Assembly (NCBI GenBank): GCA_951406725.2
Contig: OX597817.1
Location: 9,300,001 to 9,364,000, forward strand
DNA from: Octopus vulgaris
Lineage: Eukaryota
Direction of reading: 5' to 3'
Length of the DNA: 64,000 nt
Under the pieces are notes generated by a model. The model was given only the letters and a program-made list of their open reading frames with translations. It made no database searches and was not told where the DNA came from. Below, in pieces: positions 1-12,465 of this stretch; the stretch's first letter is position 1; every line of letters begins with the position of its first letter. The translations under genes and the position numbers were made by a program.

Positions 1-274
1 ATTTATGTAATTTCTGTAAGTAGGGGAAACAACCCAAACATGTTTGGGTATTATTCTGATTTCATCAGTGAAGTGAAGCATTGAAGTTGTGATAGAAAAG
101 TCACCGAATAAAGTTTCAAGATTGTATACTAGTTTATGTAAAAAAAATTAATTGTTCAGAAAACTTACCCAGTTTCCTGAAAACCTGTTTTTATTTAGAA
201 ACCTGTTTTTATTTAATTGGGTCTGTTATAATGGTTTTTTTTTTTTTGGTTTTTTTCTATGTTATGAATTTCAG

Positions 275-560
275 GTATCGAGATGTTGTTCCAGTTAAGG
301 AGTCCAGTAACTATAACCATGCTATATCAGTGTCCGGTTCCATAAGCAGCAAACCCGCTTCATCCAAAGTTGATGCATTTAGTATTGATGTTGATATCAG
401 CCTGACTGAATACTGGCCTGGATGCAGCACCGTGTTGTTAGACATAGTGCCATCATACCTCTTCACTAACAACACAAACGTACCTCTGGTTGTTATTTCA
501 CCCCATAATCAACAATGGAATGTTCCACGTGGTGCTACCTTCACACCTACTGGAATTCAG
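275..560 (+). CDS. VPS13B: VPS13B exon 1 of 12 in window (gene starts upstream)
   Basis: tttcAG|G at 275, CAG|GTATTT at 560; encodes ...IVPSYLFTNNTNVPL..., a VPS13 VAB-repeat-like motif; ends phase 0, matching next exon. Confidence 0.85.
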
Positions 561-715
561 GTATTTTGAATGTTTTTTTTTGTTTTTCTGTTTTGAATCT
601 TTATTTTTTTTTTTTATCTTGCTTAATAGCTTACCCCTTTAGCATTCAAATTATTCTGTCAAATGTAATGCTTATATATTCACATTATTTTGAATCACTC
701 ATGTATTATCTTATC

Positions 716-1468
716 ACGTAAAAAGCACCATCCGATTGTAGCCGTTGCCAGCCTCGTCTGGCCCCCGTGCCGGTGGCATGTAAAAAGCACCATCCGATTG
801 TAGCCATTGCCAGCCTCGTCTGGCCCCCGTGCAGGTGGCACGTAAAAAGCACCATCCGATTGTAGCCGTTGCCAGCCTCGTCTGGCCCCCGTGCCGGTGG
901 CATGTAAAAAGCACCATCCGATCGTGGCCGTTTGCCAGCCTCGTCTGGCCCCCGTGCAGGTGGCACGTAAAAAGCACCATCCGATTGTAGCCGTTGCCAG
1001 CCTCGTCTGGCCCCCGTGCCGGTGGCATGTAAAAAGCACCATCCGATTGTAGCCGTTGCCAGCCTCGTCTGGCCCCCGTGCCGGTGGCATGTAAAAAGCA
1101 CCATCCGATTGTAGCCATTGCCAGCCTCGTCTGGCCCCCGTGCCGGTGGCATGTAAAAAGCACCATCCAATTGTGGCCGTTTGCCAGCCTTGTCTGGCCC
1201 CCGTGCCGGTGGCACGTAAAAAGCACCATCCGATAATGGCCGTTTGCCAGCCTCATCTGGCACCTGTGCAGGTGGCACGTAAAAAGCACCCACTACACTC
1301 ACGGAGTGGTTGGCATTAGGAAGGGCATCCAGCTGTAGAAACACTGCCAGATCAGACTGGAGCCTGGTGCAGCCTTCTGGCTTCCCAGACCCCAGTTGAA
1401 CCGTCCAACCCATGCTAGCATGGAAAACGGACGTTAAACGATGATGATGATGATGATGATGATGATGA
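716..1468 (+). mobile_element. S4 retroposon family with (GAT)n tail; other copies about 2165-2397(+), 5409-5812(-), 8375-8655(-), 12742-13250(-), 19700-19863(+), 21150-21460(-), 22517-22730(-), 23475-23620(-), 28752-29020(+), 36240-36435(+), 36905-37097(+), 44100-44428(+), 47065-47222(+), 49741-50145(-)
   Basis: Shared core GGTTGGCGTTAGGAAGGGCATCCAGC...CCCATGCTAGCATGGAAA...AAACGATGATGAT; variable 5' truncation. Confidence 0.88.
718..1278 (+). repeat. Minisatellite, nine tandem 62-63 bp units inside an S4 element
   Basis: GTAAAAAGCACCATCC... starts at 718, 780, 842, 904, 967, 1029, 1091, 1153, 1216; no unique spacers. Confidence 0.95.
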
Positions 1469-1563
1469 TCTTTCAGATTTCAGTGATGTGACTGTTTATG
1501 TTTAGAAAGACAATGCTGGGTAGGTGTGAGGGGCTGGATCTGGTCAGTTTGAACATAAAACAG

Positions 1564-1859
1564 CTGTCCTCATCCATATGTAACACATAACCATACCTAC
1601 CAGCACAGTCGTCTCTCTTGCACACCACATTTGATGCTTCTTATGTCTAACTTTTTTCTCAGGGTGGTCACACTCTGTCGTGTATGCACACCAATGTTAC
1701 ACATCCAGCCGATCATACTAGCTTCGTTTCTTTCAAGACTATGCATGTCCTCAGAAGTCATGGCCCATGTTTTACTGTCGTGTAGCATGGCAGTTCTCAC
1801 ACATGCATCATATAGGCTATCTTTCACCCTGTTCCATAATTTGTTTGTTATATTAGATG
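1564..1859 (-). mobile_element. RTE-clade LINE C-terminal fragment
   Basis: LYDACVRTAMLHDSKTW...LERNEASM...; flanked by 10-bp duplication CATAAAACAG (1554-1563, 1860-1869). Confidence 0.8.
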
Positions 1860-2685
1860 CATAAAACAGGTAGAATATTTGAGCCGGTTAGGCCTGGTTT
1901 AAATGCTGAAGGGTTTATGATGTGTGTGTATGTGTGCATGTGTGTATTTTACAACTTAATTAGAAGAGGAATACAGTACTGTAAAGGAGGAAGTTACCCT
2001 CAGGTTGGAGGGTCTCCAACTTCAATGCTTTTCACTTTTTGATCTGCACTAAGGGTTTACAAGGGACAAATGTGTTAATTACTTTAAAATATATATATGA
2101 GTAATGTGTGTTTGTGCGCGCCTATATATATATCATCATTGTTTAATGTCTGCCTTCTATGCTCCACCATCCGTCCATGGCCGTTTGCCAGCTCCGTCTG
2201 GCACCTGTGCGGGTGGCACGTAAAAAGCACCCACTACACTCACGAAGTGGTTGGCGTTAGGAAGGGCATCCAGCCGTAAAAACACTGCCAGATCAGACTG
2301 GGCCTGATGCAGCCTTCTGGCTTCCCAGACCCCAGTTGAACCGTCTAACCCATGCTAGCATGGAAAGCAGACGCTAAATGATGATGATGATGATGATATA
2401 TATATATATATATTTAATAATATCAGAGGGTAATCAGAAATATTAGAAATTTCCATTACCAGTGGCCTAGCATGTAAAAAATTTAGTCAATAGCCTATAT
2501 ATTATTCACATAAATACAGTGTATATTTAAACACATAAGAGGCATCCATCCTAGGACTCCTTGCACACTAGAGAGAACAGTTAAATTCCAAACCACTATT
2601 AGGGATAACATTTCGAAGGGAATGAAAAATAAAAACATTTACCATCTAACTCCTGGACCAATGGTTTCAAACTTTTTTAACAAAC

Positions 2686-2716
<31 letters not shown>

Positions 2717-2859
2717 GGTCATTAGAACAAAGAACAGGCCTGGAAGAGTTGAGGTAGCAGGGGACTGTATCAGATAGCCAGAACGGTATATATAGCCAAA
2801 GGAGTAGCAGAAAAGAAGTTTGCCAGTGTTCAGCAATCAGCTATGTGAGGACCAAAGAA

Positions 2860-3717
2860 CTGAAGTATTTTGGATTTCAAGACAGTGTGTGAGAGAAAAC
2901 CGTGATGTCGTAGAAGAGAAATGTGTCTGTATGGATGATGGTGCCCTTGCGTTTAATGATCCTGCAAAGAAAAGAGACTTGGAGATGCCATTATGAAAGA
3001 CTGCTGAATGTGGAGAATGAATGGGAGGAGGAGAGTCTGCCAAAGGTTGACCCAATTGAGGGACCAGCTACCCATATCGACAGTACCCAGGTAGATAAAG
3101 CAAATAAGGATATGAAGACAGGAAAAACACCTAGCTCATCAGGAATCACTGCTGAGATGCTTAAAATATGCGGTGTAGGTTATGATCTTATCACCTGCAT
3201 CGTAAATCAGGTAGTTCATGAAGGAGTCATACCCAATGACTGGTGTAGCAGCACCATAGTCAACTGCTACAAAGATAAAGGTGATGTTTTAGATAGAAAT
3301 AAGTACAGGGGTATCAGATTAATGGGTCAGGTGAGCCCAACTAATTAGGGAGAGAGTTAGCCTAGATGAGATGCAGTTTGGTTTTGTGCAAGGCAGAAGC
3401 ACCGCTGATGCTATATTTCTGGTAAGACAACTGCAGGAGAAATATCTGGCCAAAGATAAACCTCTGTACTTGGCTCTTGATGACTTGGAGAAAGTCTTTG
3501 ACAGGGTCCCCCAATTCCTTATCTGGTGGTCAATGTGGAAACTGGGAATAGACAAGTAGTTGGTAAGAGCTGTACAAGTCCTGTACAAGGATGCTGTCAG
3601 TGAGGTGAGGGTTGGCAATGAGTATAGTGAAAAAATCCAGGTAGAAGTAGGGGTTCACCAAGGATCAGTCCCCAGCCTCCTCTTATTCATCATAGTCCTC
3701 CAAGCAATAACAGAGGG
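2860..3717 (+). mobile_element. RTE-clade LINE reverse transcriptase relic
   Basis: IPNDWCSSTIVNCYKDKGD..YRGIRLM, QFGFVQGRSTADAIF, DLEKVFDRVP, GVHQGS; stops and frameshifts. Confidence 0.9.
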
Positions 3718-4186
3718 ACTGTTACTCTCTATAGACAGGTGTTCTGTCCAGTGGAAGATAGAATACCTATCTCCTCCCATGGTTTGAATGGCTGAAAGTT
3801 AGAAGATAATCACCAGCCTTATTAAGCAATTTTTGAGGATCCTAAAAGACATAGGGGTCTGCTCAGCCAGGACTGACTGGGGATCAAACAACAACACCTA
3901 AAGATCTCTCTCTCTCTCTCACTCACTCTCTCTCTATCTCACTCACTCTCTCACTCTCTCTTACTCTCTCTCTCTTTCTCTTCTCTTCTCTTCATCTTTT
4001 TCATTCCACTCTTTCTTCATCTTACTTCTTTCCACATTTTAGTTCTTCATTATTTCTTTTCTATCATTATATCATTGTTGTCTCTATTTTTTCCTCTCAC
4101 ACATTCAAACATGCATATACCCTTTCTGTCTCTCTTACCTTGCACTCTCTCTCACTTTCATTCTCACAGATTATATCTTATAAAAT

Positions 4187-4574
4187 GTGGAGGCGCTATG
4201 GCCCAGTGGTTAGGGCAGCGGACTCGCGGTCGTAGGATCACGGTTTCAATCCCCAGACCGGGCGTTGTGAGTGTTTATTGAGCGAAAACACCTAAAAGCT
4301 CCACGAGGCTCCGGCAGGGGATGGTGGTGATCCCTGCTGTACTCTTTCACCACAACTTTCTCTCACCCTTACTTCCTGTTTCTGTTGTACCTGTATTTCA
4401 AGGGGCCGGCCTTGTCACTCTCTGTGTCACGCTGAATATTCCCGAGAACTACGTTAAGGGTACACGTGTCTGTGGAGTGCTAAGCCACTTACATGTTAAT
4501 TTCACGAGCAGGCTGTTCCGTTGATCGGATCAACCGGAACCCTCATCGTCGTAACCGACGGAGTGCTTCCATCC
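4187..4574 (+). mobile_element. tRNA-derived SINE family S1, full length
   Basis: A box TGGCCCAGTGG, B-box-like GGTTTCAATCCC; 12-bp TSD ATCTTATAAAAT (4175-4186, 4575-4586). Confidence 0.9.
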
Positions 4575-4675
4575 ATCTTATAAAATACAGTGGACAAAAT
4601 TTTTTACATATTTGCTTTTAAAAAATGATAGAGTTTTTATTTTTTTTCTTATTCTATTTTCCATGTTTCTTTCAG

Positions 4676-4852
4676 GAATATTTCCAGCTTGGTCTTCAGT
4701 CTTACAGTGAAATTTTTACATCTGGGAAAATACCACTCTCTGATGAAGAGGTTGCAGCTAGGAGGTACCGAACAGATATTGGTGAAACATTGTATACAGA
4801 TGGCTTTGTACACACTGCGATTTTCTCTGATATGAAAGCTGGCAACAAAGTG
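4676..4852 (+). CDS. VPS13B: VPS13B exon 2
   Basis: polypyrimidine + ttcAG|GAA; GTG|GTAACC; EYFQLGLQ...AGNKV; phase 0-0, 177 nt. Confidence 0.82.
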
Positions 4853-6995
4853 GTAACCTCGTCTTTGTCTCTATCACTTATTGATTATTGCATTACTCTT
4901 TCATGTGCTAAATGACCTTTAGCTCCAGAACCATTACTCTATAAATGGTATTAGGACTAATGGAGCATTCTTGTCATTGCTGGTTGCGTAAATGAAGGCA
5001 TTCAATAATATTGAATGATTAAAGAAGAGAGATATTTAACAATCTTGACTGTATTTGTATTGAGATACATTTTCTAATATATTACAATAATTATTGCGAA
5101 TTTGAAGGGATTTTGTAAAATAACTGACATTCTTATTAAGTTTTTATTTGGGACACAACAAAAGGAATTTTTAATGAAACTGGGTGGTTTAAATTTAAAT
5201 ATGAACATTTTAATATGGATGGTGTTGATATTAAACAGGCTAAATCATTTCATAGATGATTAGTAATAACACACACACATATATTTATCACTCATACCTA
5301 TGTATGTACATGTAAATGGTCTCAGTTCAATAACTGAAAAAAATAAAAGATAAAAGATATATGCATGTTTGAAGAGAACAAAATTTAAGTAATCTATTCT
5401 ACTCTGAAATCATCATCATCATCATCATCGTTTAACATCCGTTCTCCATGCTAGCATGGGTTGGATGGTTCAACTGGTGTCTGGGAAGCCAGAAGGCTGC
5501 ACCAGGCCCAGTCTGATCTGGCAATGTTTCTACGGCTGGATGCCCTTCCTAATGTCAACCACTCCGTGAGTGTAGTGGGTGCTTTTTACGTGCCAGACAG
5601 AGCTGGCAAACGGCCACGGACGGATGGTACTTTTTACGTGCCACCGGCACGGGGGCCAGACGAGGCTGGCAACGGCCATGAACGGATGGTTCTTTTTACG
5701 TGCCACTGGCACGAGGCCAGTTGGGGTGATGCTGGCAACGGCCACGTTTGGATGGTTCTCTTACGTGCCACCGGCACTGGTATCACAGCTGCAATTTCCA
5801 TTGATGTTGATCGAGTCTGAAATATGAATGTATTTTATATATATATATATATACATAAGTAACTGAGGCAGTATTAATTCCAAGGGGTACTATTTATCCC
5901 CACTTAAACATGGTTCATGGTGTCTACAGCAGTATAGTTTGTTCTTACAGAATGTTGACTTTTAAGTGAGGATAAGTATTTTTCTATGTTGCTTCTTGAA
6001 ACTTATAGCTTGTGTTTCTGCATGCACAAATTCACACCTACACTACACACATATATAGCCAGTGTCCACAATCACAGTGTATGTCTACATGTATATGTAT
6101 TATCATCATCACTTTACATCTGCTAGCATGGGTTGGATTATTTTTCAGTATCTGAATCAGTTCTTATTTGAAGTGACTGCTCTTGTAGATGAGTCAGAAG
6201 CCCCTGACTCATTCGTATGGTCTATTTTCGGCATGTTTTCTCTGGCTGAATACCCTTCCTAAAAACCATCCACTTTACAGTGAATACCTGGTGCATTTTA
6301 TCATGGCACCAGCACTAGATTGGTTTCCATGACCTCAGTAAGACCAAGAAGTTCTCTCTCCTCTATATTATCTCTGTTCTTTCAAACCAAACATGACCAA
6401 AAGAGGGTGAATAGAAGAGAGAGAGTGGTGTCCAAGAAGGTGAAAGAAGAAACAATATGAGCATGAAGAGGAGAAACAGTGTTAAGACTGAGAGGATGGT
6501 GGGTAGGGAGTAATGGTAGAGAGACAGTGATAGCTGCATGTTATAGCAGAAGCTGTAAAAGCAGTGTGGTGGAATTGTGGGAAAGTTGGCTTGGGGGTTA
6601 AAATTATAGTTAAAAGTGAGCAAATGATGAATAGCAACAGAAATTGTTGATGTAGACTGATAGTGATAGATGTTATTGAAGAGTCTTATGGGTTAGAGAG
6701 ATTAATGGTTAGTGGTAATGATAGGGGATACAGGATATGGACTGGTTCATTATGCAGGCAGCATGATGGAGATGATGTTGAGTGATGGAGGGATGATGGT
6801 ATAGGGGAGATACAGTGATAAAGGGTAGCAATGGTGGTGGGATTGAATATGAACAGAGCAAAGGATTTGAAACCATGTATAGCCATTTGGAAGATCAGAA
6901 TTCTCTATATTCAGATTATAAAACATTGCATAAAAACATTTGACTGTCTGTGAGGGAGAGTGTTCCAGTGTATTGTTTTGTATTTATGTGTATTA

Positions 6996-7386
6996 AGTGG
7001 AGGCGCAATGGCCCAGTGGTTAGGGCAGCGGACTCACGGTCATAGGATCGCGGTTTCGAGTCCCAGACCGGGCGTTGTGAGTGTTTATTGAGCGAAAACA
7101 CCTAAAAGCTCCACGAGGCTCCAGCAGGGGATGGTGGTGATCCCTGCTGTACTCTTTCACCACAACTTTCTCTCACTCTTACTTCCTGTTTCTATTGTAC
7201 CTGTATTTCAAAGGGCCGGCCTTGTCATTCTCTGTGTCACGCTGAATATTCCCGAGAACTACGTTAAGGGTACACGTGTCTGTGGAGTGCTCAGCCACTT
7301 ACACGTTAATTTCATGAGCAGGCTGTTCTGTTGATCAGATCAACCGGAACCCTCGTCGCGGTAACCGATGGAGTGCTTCCATCCTC
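6996..7386 (+). mobile_element. tRNA-derived SINE family S1, second copy
   Basis: Near-identical to the 4187 copy; own 14-bp TSD ATTTATGTGTATTA (6982-6995, 7387-7400). Confidence 0.9.
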
Positions 7387-7634
7387 ATTTATGTGTATTA
7401 CACATCTTTGCAATTATGTGTGGTTCCTTTTGTGCATTTACATATCTATGTATAAAATGTAAATCATTAAGATAAGAGGATATTTGAGGATGGTGTAGTA
7501 TATTTTCATACAGAATTAATTCTTTTGATGTTTTATGGTGTTTTACATAAATTGTATTGTAGAGATTTAGCTCCTACATTCAGCCTGTTGCATGATCTTT
7601 AAAAGTTAAATCATATATTTGGAAAGCATACTTA

Positions 7635-8149
7635 ACGTAAATCCTCGAGTATAGTCTGCCCTTGAGTATAATACGCAGGGGATTTTTAGTGGGCTGTAGC
7701 TCTGAAAAACCTAAACCTTGTGTATAATACACACCCCTTCTCTAATTTGAGTCAAGGAGGTCTATATAACATCCTTGGTTTGTAAAAATGTATACAGTAA
7801 CGTCCTTTATTATTATTATTGTATATATAACATAATACAAGCGTGTAGCTTTTTTGTGCATTTTGCTTGCAGAAAATAAAGAAATAACAGTAATAACGTT
7901 TAATAAATGTTGCTTACTGCAAGTTATGGATGATTCTTTTATGACTTCATTGCTTTCAGGCTTAGCTTAAGGGATTTTTGCGCCTGACATCACAAAATGT
8001 GTCTGAATAAACATTGCCGGACAGCAAATAAAGACTCAGACATTGCTTAGAAAATATTTTCCATTTTTAACCTCATATATAGTACGCACTAGGGATTTTG
8101 ACCTTTAAATTTTGGGGAAAAAATGCGGATTATACTCGGGGATTTACAG
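7635..8149. mobile_element. pogo/Tigger-type MITE
   Basis: TIRs CGTAAATCCTCGAGTATAGTCTGC / GCGGATTATACTCGGGGATTTACAG; TA on both sides. Confidence 0.8.
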
Positions 8150-8740
8150 TATTTTAGAAATATCATGGTCACAAGCAAGAATGTTGGCTATATAAATTAC
8201 ATTGGCTCTAAGCAATGTGGACACATATCTTCATGTCCAGAATGGTATATTTAGGAGTTGTTGTTTCCCAGTGTTTCTAGCTATCTGTAAGTAATATCCT
8301 CATCCAAACAGAATTAACCAAGAATTGTCAACTACAGAAACATTTTACATTTTAATTTTACTAGCTTTTCATTTATCATCATCATCGTTTAGCATCTGCT
8401 TTCCATGTTGGCATGGGTTGGACGGTGCAACTGGGGTCTGGGAAGCCAGAAGGCTGCACCAGGCCCAGTCTGATCTGGCAATGTTTCTATGGCTAGATGC
8501 CCTTCCTAACGCCAACCACTCCATGAGTGTAATGGGTGCTTTATATGTGCCACCGGCACAGGTGCCAGACGAGTCTGGCAAACGGCCACGATCGGATGGT
8601 GCTTTTTATATGCTACCAGCATGGAAGCCAGTCGGGGCGGCGCTGGCAACGGCAACATATGTGATACACTAAAGATAGTCCAAGCTCTTGTTTAATACTT
8701 CTGATATTTATACCATAATATTCCAATTCTTTCATTTCAG

Positions 8741-8878
8741 GCTTATTTCTTCACTGTGAATTCATCAGTACATCACAACATAAGGGTTATTACTGTGTCA
8801 GAACGGTTCTCTCTTACAAACCTAAGTGGAACCCCCTATCAAATACAAATGGTCTGTGTGCCGTTGGGTCACGGTAAG
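8741..8878 (+). CDS. VPS13B: VPS13B exon 3
   Basis: tttcAG|GCT; AAG|GTAAGT; AYFFTVNSSVHHNIRVITVSERFSLTNLS...; phase 0-0, 138 nt. Confidence 0.85.
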
Positions 8879-9849
8879 GTAAGTGCCCGTTGTTTTAGGA
8901 ATCCTGTAACTGTACTATTTGGTCACAATTTCAAATCTTTCTGCAACAGTTGTTTTATTCTCTGGCAAAGTTACATAATCCTGTTTGCCTTTAAATGTCT
9001 GGCTGATAATGTAGTATCACTTTTAGATTGTGATTGAATTATGTTAACAGATCAATAAGAATCTACCTCTGAAAAAATTCAAATTTTCAGGAATCTCTCA
9101 ATTGTATGAACACAGAAAAATAGCTATAAAATGATGAAAGGAATACAAAGTCAACCACCACTGTTGTCCTTACCATTTCTGTATTTATATCCAAATAACA
9201 AGCCTAATTGGGTGTCATTACCTGATATGCTATAAACAGCAGCAAAATGTCCCTCAAATTACATCTTATAATTTTTTTAAAAAGTACACATTAGATTATG
9301 CAGTTGTAGATACAATATATCTGAATAAAAGATAGGATGGTCACAATCTACTCTCCTTGACCATAATTCTTCTTGGTTAAAGCTGAAATAACTGAGATGT
9401 TTTAATATACTAAGTTTCTCTGCAATATTTCACCCCTGGCAGAATCATTAGCATGCCAGGTGAAATGCTCAGCAGCATTTTGTCCATTTTTACATTCTGA
9501 GGTCAACTTTGCCTCTCATCCTTTCGGGGTCGATAAAATAAGTACCTGTTGAACACTGGGATCGATGTAATCGACTGACCCATCACCTAAAATTGCTGGC
9601 CTTGTGCCAAAATGTGAAACCAATATTTCACTCCTCGTTGTTACATTATTTAGTTTGAGCTTTATCAGACCATAAAACCTTCTTTTATTACAGCTTTCCA
9701 TCTGCCCTCTCCTCCACTGGACACAAGCATGGCTGTCTTGTGTAGGTGTCCTCTTTGCAACAACTTAGTTCTGTGTTCAACCCTCAGGTTGAACAATTTT
9801 CCAAGAAATTTAACTAACAAAAGTTGCATGAAAGCAATTAGACATACAC

Positions 9850-10098
9850 ATCATCATCATCATCATTGTTCGACCGTGGTCGAGACAATGGAATTTACCA
9901 TGCTACGCCACTTCACGGTCCATCATGGCATTACGGAGGTCCTGTTGCTGGATGCCTGTATCCCTGGAGATTACATCAGGGTAGGAGAGTGTGCACCCTC
10001 TGGTATTGCGAGTAGATGGCTTCCAGAGGAGAAGAGTAGAAATTACCTCTTTTTCAGCTCTACAACAATGTCCAGCAAACTGGACTCTCCTACCTTTC
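9850..10098 (-). mobile_element. 3' end of an RTE-like LINE with (GAT)n tail (same family as 55100-55630)
   Basis: KGRRVQFAGHCCRAEKEVISTLLLWKP; near-identical to about 55380-55630 in reverse. Confidence 0.85.
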
Positions 10099-10411
10099 AC
10101 ATACACACACACACACATGCACACACATATGCACACACAAATCATCATCATCATCATTTAATGTCTACTTTTCCATACTTGCATGGGTTGGGCAGAATTT
10201 GTTGCAGCAGATTTTTTTGTGAATAGATTCCCTTCTTGTTGCCAATCCTCATGTTTTCAGGCACGGTCATATTTTGCCATGGCTAGACATGTTTCTCGTG
10301 GAAAACTGGAAATGAGCAACATTGCTTATATGACGATGGTGTGCATTTACAATCATCACATTATGTGATGGGACACATACATACATACATATAAATGTGT
10401 GTGTATATATA

Positions 10412-11651
10412 CAGGATGCGTAAGATATTTGAGGACATACCTCTTTTGGGTCATTGCTGCAATTTTTGTTAACCCTGTATAATCTTTGTTTTAGAAAATA
10501 ATAATGGCAGACCCTCAGTTTGCTCAAGAAATGAAGAGGCATTTGTTATTGTGGTTATAAAGGCTGAGCATAATGATGTAGAACTATTTCAACTTTTAAA
10601 AGTTGCCAGATCTTTGGTGTACAAAGTTTCTAAGGAAATGTATCACCATTATCAAAGCATAAAAATTATTCTAAACACTGTGAAATCATCAGAACACCTG
10701 AATTTATCCAGCAAGTTCAACAGACCATTGATTACAATCCCAGAAAGTCCATGAGGTCAATTGCGAAAGATCTCCATATGTCAGAAGGAACAGTCAGAAA
10801 TGTTGTCCACGAAGACATCAGATATAAGTCTTGTATGATGAAGAAAGGTCAATTTGTCAGAAAAAGCAAAAGAAAATGATCACTACATCAGATCTAAAAG
10901 GCTCTTAAACTGAAAAATCCAGCTGAAGAAGATTTGATTTGCTTTTTCTCTAAAGAGAAAAACTTTGCCCAAGATCAAAAAGTTAACAGAAGAAATGACA
11001 GATGGTTATGTGCAGACCCTTCTGAAGTTCCAAGTGTTTTGCATACAAAATCTCCTGCAACTGTCATGGTTTTAGGGGTTGTCAGCAATGAAGGACATAT
11101 AATGCCTCCTTACTTCTTTCCACAAAGCCTTAGAGTTAACTCTACTGACTACATTGAGGTCCTGGAAATAATTGTTAAGTCCTGGAGAGACAGTGTATGC
11201 AACGGAAGGCCATATGTGTTTCAGTAAGACTCTGCACTATCACACATGGATCTAGTAATACAGGAATGGATGGCTGAAAATTTTCACGATTACATAACCC
11301 CTAACATTTGGCCTCCTAATTCCCCAAATCTCAATCCATTGGACTATTACATGTGGAGTGTTGTTGAGAGAGAGATCAATGAACATACTCATAACACCAA
11401 AGATTCTTTGAAAGCTTCTATAGCCAGAGTAATGTCCAAAATGAACCAGGACCACTTGATTTGAGTGTGTAGATGATTTAGATCTCATATGGAAGCAGTT
11501 GTTGAAGCTGAAGGTGGCTTCATTGAATAACATTATAGAAAAGGAGGTTTATTTTTATACTCATAGCAGTTTTTGATAAATAAAGTTATTATCTGTTATT
11601 ATATATGTTTTTTTTATAAACATAAATCTATCCTCAAATATCTTACACACC

Positions 11652-11654
<3 letters not shown>
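10412..11654 (+). mobile_element. Tc1/mariner superfamily, DD37D (maT) transposon with decayed transposase at about 10531-11530
   Basis: TIRs CAGGATGCGTAAGATATTTGAGGA / TCCTCAAATATCTTACACACCCTG, TA flanks; FSKEKNF, FQ*DSA, WPPNSPNLNPLDY with 37 residues between the last two Asp. Confidence 0.9.
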
Positions 11655-11688
<34 letters not shown>

Positions 11689-11719
11689 CACGCACACACA
11701 CACATATACATACATATAT

Positions 11720-11752
<33 letters not shown>

Positions 11753-12084
11753 TGAACAATGCAGGCTTCTTTCAGTGTCTGCCTACCAAATCTCATAAGG
11801 CTTTGGTCACCCTGGGGCTATAGTAGAAGACACTTGCTCAGATGTTGCACAGTGGGACTAAACTCAAGACTACATGGGTAGGAAGCAAGCTTCTTAACCA
11901 TACAACTACATCTATGTCTGTGCCCACACACACACTCATGCACGCACACACATACACACACACACATATGTAAAATGAAGATGAGTCCATTATAGATATA
12001 TATATCAAAATAAATGAGAGACAAGCCTTTGTGTGTGTATATGTTTTTCATTATTTATGTTGACAAAAGATATACATATACATA

Positions 12085-12465
12085 GGCGCAGGAGTGACTG
12101 TGTGGTAAGTAGCTTGCTTACGAACCACATGGTTCCGGGTTCAGTCCCACTGCGTGGCACCTTGGGAAAGTGTCTTCTACTATAGCCTCGGGCCGACCAA
12201 AGCCTTGTGAGTGGATTTGGTAGACGGAAACTGAAAGAAGCCCATTGTATATATGTATATATATATATATGTGTGTGTGTATGTGTCTGTGTTTGTCCCC
12301 ACCAACATCGCTTGACAACTGATGCTGGTGTGCTTACGTCTCCGTAACATAGCGGTTCGGCAAAAGAGACCTATAGAATAAGTCCTGGGGTCGATTTCCT
12401 CGACTAAAGGCGGTGCTCCAGCATAGCCACAGTCAAATGACTGAAACAAGTAAATGAGTAAATGA
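12085..12465 (+). mobile_element. tRNA-derived SINE family S2 with internal (TA)/(TG) microsatellite; other copies about 11690-11915(-), 17348-17500(-), 30493-30904(-), 33560-33965(+), 34394-34627(-), 35455-35898(-), 41455-41615(-), 42414-42831(+), 46295-46700(+), 49249-49686(-), 61711-62120(+)
   Basis: Head GGCGCAGGAGTGGCTGTGTGGTAAG...GGTTCAGTCCC (A/B-box-like); tail ...GACTGAAACAAG(TAAAAGAG)n. Confidence 0.92.

Larger units (their letters stand above)
635..1915. mobile_element. piggyBac-type MITE family P1, split by two nested insertions
   Basis: CCCTTTAGCATT...AATGCTGAAGGG ends; pieces about 635-713, 1469-1563 and 1860-1915 are colinear with the intact copy at 13784. Confidence 0.75.

Noticed and set aside
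718-1278. CRISPR-like regular array
   Set aside because: Units are contiguous with no unique spacers, there are no cas genes, it lies in a eukaryotic intron, and it is part of a dispersed retroposon
695-1413. Repetitive ORFs of 131-235 aa on the minus strand
   Set aside because: By-products of a stop-poor minisatellite, open in all three frames
4187-4265. tRNA gene (also the heads at 6996, 12085 and others)
   Set aside because: No full cloverleaf or T-run terminator; continues into a SINE body with a TSD
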